47,220 nucleotides of DNA from a virus (Duplodnaviria; Caudoviricetes). Positions within the stretch are counted from its first letter, which is position 1. Each line of letters starts with the position of its first letter. Made by a program: the position numbers and the translations under genes. Below, piece by piece: positions 1-6,618 of this stretch. Location: the IMG/VR virus record IMGVR_UViG_3300049846_000516, positions 1 to 47,220 of that record; one strand, 5' to 3'. The notes under the pieces are model-generated. The model ran no database searches. It was not told the DNA's origin and saw only the letters and a list, made by a program, of their open reading frames with translations.

Positions 1-998
1 TATCGGTCAAGGGAGATCGCTTGGGCTTCTTCGTACCCAGGGAAGCTGCCGTACGTCGTGTACTGAGTGGTATCTTGATGCGGGCTGTAGAAGTCGAGGT
101 GAGCAATGATGAAGTACGATGCGCCCCAGTACGTCGCTGGATTACTGTTATCCACAAGACTCTGGATAGCGTACGTGTTATTTGTTTCGATGATCGGGAG
201 TGCGCCCGCTCCGTAGCTAGAAAGGATCAGACGTTCCGTTTGGCTACGTCCGTTCTTCACGAATGAAAGCGGGGAGGTACCGTTCCAATCGGTACCGCCT
301 TCTACGTCGAACGTATCGCCGCGCTTCAGGACGATGATGTCGGGGTATCCGTCACGGATCTTAGTCCATGCCGCAGCCACAGTGCGGTACGGTACCACAG
401 AGCCGGTGGGGCTGAACGGGTTCGTGCCTACGTCGGCATGTCCTTTGGTGTAGTACCCATTGCCACTGTTAGCGGCAGCTGCTGTTGTGTTGTTCCCAGT
501 GCTCGAGGAGACGTACACAATTCGTGCATCAGTGTACTTCCCAGTGGTCTGGACCATAGCGGCTAGGTCATGCCAGCCGTTACCGTCAAGGGGGAGGCCG
601 GTGATGTCATGGGTACCGACGCTAGGAGCTGGAGCCGCGGTGGAGACTGTTGAAGTGAAGATCCCAGAGTCTTTGTCGTCGTACGTTTGGAGCCAGTACG
701 TGTAGTACCGTGTGTTCGCGGTAAGACCGGTGAGGGAGAACGACTCCACAGCTTCGTCTACTGTGCGGGAGGTGCTGTACGTTGCGCCGGTGCCATTCTT
801 GAGATTGGTGACGCTCGGGGCAACGCCGGTAGTGTTGATGTACAAGTACATCGTGCCCGATGTGATTGTGGTGCCACAGGTGACGGTTGCGGTCGTCTCT
901 GCAGTGGATACCACTGGTGCGGGGGAGAGGGTTGCGGGGGTGTACCCGTATACCCAGTACTTCCCGTCAGAGCCTAGTTGTACTCGTACGTATCGCAT
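1..998 (-). CDS. Partial virion/receptor-binding protein: FN3-like beta-sandwich then right-handed beta-helix (pectin-lyase-like) start; runs off the window
   Basis: Missing from the ORF track because there is no stop in the window. My translation from ATG 998: MRYVRVQLGSDGKYW...SLTGLTANTRYYTYW (FN3-like)...RIVYVSSSTGNN...PYRTVAAAW...IIVLKRGDTF...LSSYGAGALPIIE (typical beta-helix N-cap motifs). Open to position 1. Confidence 0.75.
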   Translation of the reverse strand, partial: MRYVRVQLGSDGKYWVYGYTPATLSPAPVVSTAETTATVTCGTTITSGTMYLYINTTGVAPSVTNLKNGTGATYSTSRTVDEAVESFSLTGLTANTRYYTYWLQTYDDKDSGIFTSTVSTAAPAPSVGTHDITGLPLDGNGWHDLAAMVQTTGKYTDARIVYVSSSTGNNTTAAAANSGNGYYTKGHADVGTNPFSPTGSVVPYRTVAAAWTKIRDGYPDIIVLKRGDTFDVEGGTDWNGTSPLSFVKNGRSQTERLILSSYGAGALPIIETNNTYAIQSLVDNSNPATYWGASYFIIAHLDFYSPHQDTTQYTTYGSFPGYEEAQAISLDR

Positions 999-1001
999 GT
1001 G

Positions 1002-1304
1002 TTAGACGTTCTCGATTACAGAGATCTTATCGCCGACGGAGACGAGGAAGTACTCTGTCTGTTCAGCGCCAAGTCGGGGGTGAGCGGTGGTAGCTTCAGG
1101 GTCTGTGCCGAACTCGTACGAGCAAGCGGCATCGGTATGGATCCGTACGAGACGGGTAGCGGTCCCGAAAGCGTTCGAGGAGGCAGCCACAGCCCCGATA
1201 GCCACGGTTTGAGTGGTGACCGAGGGTTGACGAGCTGCTTGGGTAACCTGACCACCAGCACTAGTGTTCAGGTTCTCAAATTCTTCAATGTATAGGGTTG
1301 CCAT
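1002..1304 (-). CDS. Small beta-rich hypothetical protein, probably virion-associated; first gene of the leftward arm
   Basis: 100 aa ORF, AGGT upstream of the ATG, ends 3 nt before the next minus-strand gene. Confidence 0.7.
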   Translation of the reverse strand: MATLYIEEFENLNTSAGGQVTQAARQPSVTTQTVAIGAVAASSNAFGTATRLVRIHTDAACSYEFGTDPEATTAHPRLGAEQTEYFLVSVGDKISVIENV

Positions 1305-1316
1305 AGGTTACCTAGG

Positions 1317-1490
1317 TAAAAAGTAGAGAATAACTCCTTAGAATACTTAAGTATTAAAAAGTTCCCTTAAGAATTAAATAAATAACTAAATAACTAAATA
1401 AAGAACTAAAAACTATATATATATATATTACTATTATATATATACCCTAATATTAAAAAATTGTAGAGAAATTTTTAAGGTGTCTTATGC
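1317..1490. other. Very AT-rich non-coding tract with (TA)n run and short AAATAACT repeats
   Basis: Seen directly between GC-rich flanks, followed by a C-rich run at about 1498-1516. Confidence 0.8.
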
Positions 1491-1535
1491 TATAGGTCCT
1501 CCTCCCCCCGCCCCCCGGTGTGCCCGTGCGCTCTC

Positions 1536-1850
1536 TTGTCACGTTTGTTCGCATGTTAACGTGCGCCGATTTGTTACGTTTGATGCCTTGTCACGTGTGT
1601 CACAATGTCATGCACGCACAAGCGAGCGCACCTGTCCGTAACAATGTCACGCACGCTAACAAGTTCCCGCACGTTTCCCGCCCGCAGGCGTACTAGTACA
1701 CGTTCAGTGCCTTGTTATGGTGCGTCCGATGCCCTGTTATGGTGCGTGTGCTGGCTTGTTATACGTGTGACAACCTGTTGCACGCAGTCTGACAGGTTGT
1801 CACACACTTGCGTCCGTTTGTTTGTCACGTCTGACAATCTGTCACACGTC
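1536..1850. repeat. Dispersed TGTCAC/GTGACA and TGTTATGGTGCGT repeats
   Basis: TGTCAC at about 1537, 1589, 1598, 1645, 1798, 1823, 1840; TGACA at about 1768, 1790, 1832; TGTTATGGTGCGT twice (about 1713, 1735). Confidence 0.75.
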
Positions 1851-1934
1851 GTAACATGCGTGCCCACGCGCGCGTAGGTAAAGGATCGCGCGTGCGCGCG
1901 TCGCGCGGGCGTGCGCCGGGAAAAACTCCTTTAG

Positions 1935-1947
1935 AATCAATGACTTA
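1935..1947 (+). promoter_or_regulatory. IHF binding site (distal)
   Basis: AATCAATGACTTA matches WATCAANNNNTTR, with an upstream A tract. Confidence 0.65.
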
Positions 1948-1956
1948 CGTGCTGAC

Positions 1957-2067
1957 TGTCGGGATTCTTTACGCGAAAATGGAGATATAGTGGAGAAGTG
2001 TCGGGATTTTTTACAACAAAATGGAGACATCCTGCATTTCCGCCCGAATGTGTCGGGATTCTTTACA
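1957..2067 (+). repeat. Three direct repeats TGTCGGGATT(C/T)TTTAC; candidate enhancer (UAS) sites
   Basis: Copies start at 1957, 1999 and 2051. Two read TGT-N11-ACA. The first two extend with AAAATGGAGA. Confidence 0.8.
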
Positions 2068-2111
2068 CATGTCCGAAAATGACCTAGCGCCCTCCCGAAA
2101 AACTCTTTCAA

Positions 2112-2124
2112 AATCAATAACTTA
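2112..2124 (+). promoter_or_regulatory. IHF binding site (proximal)
   Basis: AATCAATAACTTA matches WATCAANNNNTTR, about -45 to -33 of the predicted start site. Confidence 0.7.
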
Positions 2125-2130
2125 CAAACT

Positions 2131-2146
2131 TGGCACGGGGACTGCA
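2131..2146 (+). promoter_or_regulatory. sigma54 (RpoN) -24/-12 promoter
   Basis: TGGCACGGGGACTGCA versus consensus TGGCAC-N5-TTGCW; exact GG-N10-GC spacing (GG 2132-33, GC 2144-45). Confidence 0.7.
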
Positions 2147-2194
2147 TTCTCTGTGGTGTCGCCACCGAGCGTGGCTTTCGGGAGGGTTTCCAAC

Positions 2195-2782
2195 ATGGCG
2201 CGTCGCAAGCGGGCGGCGCGCATTCATCCCCGCGACGGCGTGTACTTCGATGGGGACCAATACGGCGTGTCATGGCGCTCGGAATACTCCGAAGGCGCAA
2301 GGGTCGGCGAAGCCGCGCGAAAGAGCGGTGATGCTACCCTGCTCCCGAAGGTTGTGGCAATTCCGGCCGTGACTGAGATTGCCGATCGGTCTTACTTCGT
2401 CCACAACGTCTCGGCACAGGTGGTCATCGCTGACCCTGATGGCTGGCAGTACATGCCAGAGGATGCTCCGGCAGGCAAGAGGAAAGCGAAGGCGGTTAGG
2501 ATTGCGCCCAAGATGCTGTACGCACGCTCCCGGTATGTCGGGCAGGCAGTCTCACAGCACCAGCAAATCCGCCACCAGAAGCAGTACCTTGGGCGTGGTC
2601 GGGCATTCCATCAAGGCATACAGCGCGCGCTAGAGGGCGTAGATCCTGAACTCACAGGATCCCAGCAATCCGCGTTAATGACTGCAACCATGGATGAATG
2701 CGAGCGTCGGGGTATCGACTGGCGGAAGTTCATCAAGTCCGGCAAGGATTGGAATTGGCTTGCCAAGATGTTGAACGACTGA
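2195..2782 (+). CDS. First early gene, basic hypothetical protein (195 aa)
   Basis: Start re-called to MARRKRAAR at 2195 with RBS GGAGGG at 2181. The longer track ORF overlaps the promoter. Confidence 0.75.
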   Translation: MARRKRAARIHPRDGVYFDGDQYGVSWRSEYSEGARVGEAARKSGDATLLPKVVAIPAVTEIADRSYFVHNVSAQVVIADPDGWQYMPEDAPAGKRKAKAVRIAPKMLYARSRYVGQAVSQHQQIRHQKQYLGRGRAFHQGIQRALEGVDPELTGSQQSALMTATMDECERRGIDWRKFIKSGKDWNWLAKMLND

Positions 2783-2786
2783 CATC

Positions 2787-2885
2787 AGGGAGATAGTGGA
2801 GCGTCGGCTCCATTATCTCTCCATCGAATCTCCATTATGCATCCATTGCATTCGCTGTTGCGTGGATGCATACTAGAGACTCGGA
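2787..2885 (+). promoter_or_regulatory. Two long intergenic hairpins (possible RNase III processing or stability elements)
   Basis: GGGAGATAGTGGAGC-gtcg-GCTCCATTATCTCTC, then TATGCATCCA...TGGATGCATA; no U-tract. Confidence 0.5.
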
Positions 2886-2968
2886 ATTGCACAGGAGGAA
2901 CAAGGAACAAGGCAACTAGGCCGTACTGGTATCTGTATCAGGGTGTCCACCAATAGGAGACTCTGATT

Positions 2969-3175
2969 ATGCAGCTACGCGAATTGCGAATAAGGCCGGT
3001 CGCCGACCAGTACCTTGTCATTGCTGAGTACGCTCACTATGACAATCCACTGGTCGGCTACGCCAGTCAGGTCGTAATCACCTCGTGCTGGGTCAACACC
3101 ATGCCGCAAGCGATCACGCTGGCGAAGCAGTTGTCCCGCACCAGTGTGGAAGCAACGGCGTGCAAGCCCGCTTAG
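2969..3175 (+). CDS. Hypothetical early protein
   Basis: 68 aa, RBS AGGAGA. Confidence 0.65.
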   Translation: MQLRELRIRPVADQYLVIAEYAHYDNPLVGYASQVVITSCWVNTMPQAITLAKQLSRTSVEATACKPA

Positions 3176-3335
3176 GCGGGCACCCTGATGCAGATGAGTA
3201 GAGAGGTAACATAGCCTAGCGCAACTAGGCTGTACTAGTACACGGTCGGACGGAGATCATTCCTGCAATTCGGTCGGGCTAGCCTGATTGTCTAGCCTCT
3301 GAAGATGGCAGATCCCATCATGTGAGGGACTTATA

Positions 3336-4094
3336 ATGATCGAAGTCAAGAGCGTGATCTCGGGTGAGTTCGAACCGCAGAACCTCTTCGAGGTACTCCA
3401 GGCAAGCGTCGTCATGCAGGACATGCAGGACGAGGTGAACAAGGGCAAGTCGAACGTGTACGGCTGGGTCCTGATGTTCGCCCGGAACATCTACGGCGAG
3501 GTGAAGCAGGCGTCGGCGGGTATCAATGACCCGTCCACAACGTGGCAGGAGCTGGCGGCAGCGCGCTTCATGCAGGAAGCACAGGCCGCTATCACGGCGG
3601 GCGAGGTGGCATACACCAAGAAGCAACTGGACGGCTTCAAGAACGCCGTGCGCACCATCCACTACGCCATGGAGGCAGGCGCCGACATGTTCGAGAAGGA
3701 CCAGGGCAGCGGGGCATACGTGCTCGGCGGCAAGACCCAGCTCGAACAGTGGAACAAGAAGCACCGCGCGAAGGTGGAGCAGGAGAAGCAGGACGCCCGG
3801 ATCGCAGCCGGTCGTGCTGCCGGTATCCTGCCGCAGCCGGTGCCGAAGGTCGGAGTGAGCGAACCCGAAGCCGAAACCGAGAACGGCGACAACATGCTGG
3901 ACCTGATCACGGAACCGAAGGTCCGCGCTGCGATGGAGTCCTACATCCTGCTCGTGGTGGATGGCCTGAAGGACGGCGCAACGGTGGCCGACGTGACGAA
4001 CCAGATCGAAGCGAACGCGCGGCATCTGGGGAACCACATCCGGAACAGCATCGCCAAGAACGTGGCTGCACTCAAGAAGGCGGCCGCCGGCTGA
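3336..4094 (+). CDS. Hypothetical early protein (252 aa, helical)
   Basis: RBS GAGGGA; strong G/C third-position bias. Confidence 0.85.
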   Translation: MIEVKSVISGEFEPQNLFEVLQASVVMQDMQDEVNKGKSNVYGWVLMFARNIYGEVKQASAGINDPSTTWQELAAARFMQEAQAAITAGEVAYTKKQLDGFKNAVRTIHYAMEAGADMFEKDQGSGAYVLGGKTQLEQWNKKHRAKVEQEKQDARIAAGRAAGILPQPVPKVGVSEPEAETENGDNMLDLITEPKVRAAMESYILLVVDGLKDGATVADVTNQIEANARHLGNHIRNSIAKNVAALKKAAAG

Positions 4095-4196
4095 TCACCG
4101 TCCGACTGTGTCAAGGTGTGTGAAGGCGGGCGCCTGGGTCTATCCCAGGCAGCCCGTGCTTTCGTTCGCCCATGAAATACTGGGCACACGGTGGTC

Positions 4197-4452
4197 TGTA
4201 CTAGTACAACTTGGCTAAGGCAGGGGTCTGTCTTGCAGTTGCCAGGTTGTACTAGTACAGCGCACTCGCGCTGTTGGGCAGAGTCTGTCTGGTACAATCG
4301 AGGTTGTACTAGTACAGCGGCGAGGATGGAGAGCACGATGCGAGAGTACGATGTGACCTACAAGGTGGACGTCATCGATGGGCAACGTGTACTAGTACAG
4401 GTGGTAGGTGAGGCGAAGCCTGACATCTTCAAGACACCTGGTGTACTAGTAC
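4197..4452. repeat. Cluster of five TGTACTAGTAC(A) palindromes
   Basis: Copies at 4197, 4248, 4305, 4388, 4442; further single GTACTAGTAC copies at 1690, 3232, 9144. Confidence 0.9.
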
Positions 4453-4568
4453 GTGGTACCCGTGGCGTACGGAACAGGTACTACCGAACGCAAGGCCAGC
4501 CCCGTAGTGTGCGGGCAGGCTGGAACATCCCGACCAAGGATGTCCCGTACTGGAAACAGGAGGACTGA
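4338..4568 (+). CDS. Hypothetical protein (76 aa)
   Basis: MREYDVTY start with GGAGAG RBS; TGATG coupling to the next gene. Confidence 0.7.
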   Translation: MREYDVTYKVDVIDGQRVLVQVVGEAKPDIFKTPGVLVRGTRGVRNRYYRTQGQPRSVRAGWNIPTKDVPYWKQED

Positions 4569-4777
4569 TGTCACTGGAAATCTTGATACCCGATGAGTTC
4601 GAGGTGCGCCTCTCTCGGATGAAGGGACTGCTGAACTTCGCAGCCGCAACCGATGGCACTGACCATCAGACTGCGAAGCGCGCACGGATCGACGCTGGCG
4701 AGGTATACCTGGACCTGAAGCACAGGTATATCGCACTGTACCAGGACTGGCTGGCGTACAAGGAGGGGAAGAAGTAA
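4568..4777 (+). CDS. Hypothetical protein
   Basis: 69 aa, AGGAGG RBS, coupled start. Confidence 0.75.
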   Translation: MSLEILIPDEFEVRLSRMKGLLNFAAATDGTDHQTAKRARIDAGEVYLDLKHRYIALYQDWLAYKEGKK

Positions 4778-5012
4778 CATGGTTTACGCACGAGGGTAAC
4801 GACTAGGCTATGCCGAGGTCCAGTCCCTCTATTGCGTAACGTGAGGAGCTACGTTAAGGCCGGAGGTGGGTGGGGTATAGGGTAGCATTCCCCTTAACAA
4901 GTGCCATGTATTATCCCTGTGGTGGCGGGGAATTAGCATGAGTCGGTAACAGTTCACGCTAGGCGGACGCTAACAAGCCGAGTCACCTTAATCAACAGAG
5001 CAGGAGGATGTA

Positions 5013-5261
5013 ATGAAAGAGTACACTCCCGGCATGTACGTATCAGGTCGGACGCTCGGCGAGCTGATCCAGGAACAGATGGACAAGACGGCGAAGTTCG
5101 ATCCGCTCGAACAGATCCGCAAGAACAAGGAGAGGAACCACAAGATCCTGATCTCTCGCATCGCCCTCGGCCTGCCGATCGACGGAGATACCACCATTCA
5201 ACAGATCCGGGATGCGGTCGAAGACATCGAACTGAACCTGGTGAACTGGCGGAGGGTATGA
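5013..5261 (+). CDS. Hypothetical protein
   Basis: 82 aa, AGGAGG RBS. Confidence 0.8.
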   Translation: MKEYTPGMYVSGRTLGELIQEQMDKTAKFDPLEQIRKNKERNHKILISRIALGLPIDGDTTIQQIRDAVEDIELNLVNWRRV

Positions 5262-5467
5262 TGGAACTCGAAGAGTGGAAGGGCAGGTTCGTCAAGACTC
5301 CCGGCGCGATGGTGTTCATCTGTGACGAGATGAACCACGACAAGGGCATGTCGCTAGCGCGGGAACTGTGGCGTGCGGATACGTACGTCGAGGTGTACTG
5401 CCTGAAGGGCGTGCACCCGCAGCTCTGCTTCCCGTTCTTTACCGGCCCAGACAAGCGACTGAAGTAG
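5258..5467 (+). CDS. Hypothetical protein
   Basis: 69 aa, ATGA overlap, GGAGG RBS. Confidence 0.75.
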   Translation: MMELEEWKGRFVKTPGAMVFICDEMNHDKGMSLARELWRADTYVEVYCLKGVHPQLCFPFFTGPDKRLK

Positions 5468-5483
5468 CATAGGGAGGTACGCT

Positions 5484-5711
5484 ATGGGTTTCCCTGCATG
5501 GGTTGAGAAAGAACCGTTGTTCGACCCCATTCATGAGTACAATTCGTGGGTGAAGGTGGTCGAGGAAACGGGTGTGATGTACGCAGTGCGGGAAGGGTTC
5601 GTGGCGTACATCCAGGCACACGAGTGGATGAAGATGGCGGTACGTGTTACTGCTATCGAACTCGCGAAAGCAAACAGGAGAACAGGAGATGGAAAGGAAG
5701 AGATGGCATGA
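5484..5711 (+). CDS. Hypothetical protein
   Basis: 75 aa, GGAGGT RBS. Confidence 0.75.
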   Translation: MGFPAWVEKEPLFDPIHEYNSWVKVVEETGVMYAVREGFVAYIQAHEWMKMAVRVTAIELAKANRRTGDGKEEMA

Positions 5712-5874
5712 GGTGCGGACGTACGAGGACGACTTCGAGGATCCTCTCCCTACCTCACATGATGAGGAATCGGTAGAGGAATCGGTTCGTCGTTCCCTGC
5801 GCAAGCGGGACGAGGGTCGTGCGCCTCTTGATTTCAACGACCACGAACGTGGGTTCGTTCGGGGGTACAACTGA
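5689..5874 (+). CDS. Hypothetical acidic protein (61 aa)
   Basis: MERKRWHEV start after AGGAG. Confidence 0.6.
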   Translation: MERKRWHEVRTYEDDFEDPLPTSHDEESVEESVRRSLRKRDEGRAPLDFNDHERGFVRGYN

Positions 5875-5975
5875 TGGAGTTCGGCATCGAGTACTGGAAG
5901 GCGATCGGGTTCTTCATGTACGTGTTCGCCTCTGTCGCTGCTGCAATCCTGATCCTTCGAAACAAGGAGGACTGA
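5874..5975 (+). CDS. Micro membrane protein (33 aa)
   Basis: Not in track. MEFGIEYWKAIGFFMYVFASVAAAILILRNKED, TGATG-coupled at both ends. Confidence 0.65.
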   Translation: MEFGIEYWKAIGFFMYVFASVAAAILILRNKED

Positions 5976-6169
5976 TGACCAAGCGGGACCTGATCTTCTT
6001 CGTCCTCGGCGTGTTGATCGCCCTGGTCCTCGGCATGAGCATGTTCGTTTACTCGGTCAACGAGGCAATCGAACGTGTGCATGCGGAGGGTACGTCGTAC
6101 GAGTTCGATGAAGCGTGCGACTACGGGTACGAGAACGACTGCCCAGGATTCGAGACCCATTATCACTGA
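5975..6169 (+). CDS. Small membrane-anchored protein (64 aa)
   Basis: MTKRDLIFFVLGVLIALVLG, AAGGAGG RBS. Confidence 0.7.
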   Translation: MTKRDLIFFVLGVLIALVLGMSMFVYSVNEAIERVHAEGTSYEFDEACDYGYENDCPGFETHYH

Positions 6170-6184
6170 AGCGGAGGTGTACCA

Positions 6185-6600
6185 TGTAACGCACTGAATG
6201 GGTGGGGTCCCTGCCGATAAGAGAGCCCCACCCCTTGAGTGCGTGACCCAGTGCCCACGTGACTCTAGCCTTGAGATAGCGGAGATAGTGTGACGTACTG
6301 TCCGAGCGTCAGATAGGCAGGGCTTAGAATGCCAGCGCCCCGAGTGAGGCACACTGGTTAAGAAGTCCAGACGTATGCGACTCGCTGTTGCAACCTAACA
6401 AATACCGGACTAAAGGAATCCGGGCGCTACCGTACATAGCGTGCTTAACATGCAGCGTGAATGCTCCCTGGCCCCATTGCTTACAGTCCTATTCGAAGGC
6501 CAAGATACAAGAGGACGAAGCGCAAGACCTGGTGTGCAGTGAGACACGGCATACCATGCACGATCCACTGTGCACGTAGGCTCATCCATTAATCCCCCCA
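6185..6600 (+). ncRNA. Candidate large structured ncRNA with pseudoknots
   Basis: About 450 nt gap with no RBS-supported ORF and many complementary segments (see findings). Strand assumed from flanking genes. Confidence 0.5.
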
Positions 6601-6618
6601 TCAAGACGTGGAGGTAAC

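Noticed and set aside
1605-2300. ORFs across the repeat block, including the 2021 start
   Set aside because: Low-complexity translations of regulatory repeats with no RBS; the real start is probably 2195.
3180-3330. Hammerhead ribozyme (CTGAAGA at about 3299)
   Set aside because: No correctly placed GAAA core or flanking stems.
4197-4452. Mini-CRISPR array
   Set aside because: The repeat is only 12 bp, spacers vary from 39 to 71 nt and partly resemble each other, two copies are inside a gene, and no cas genes are present.
6355-6415. RNase P RNA or group I intron core (AAGTCC)
   Set aside because: The other conserved elements are not recognisable.
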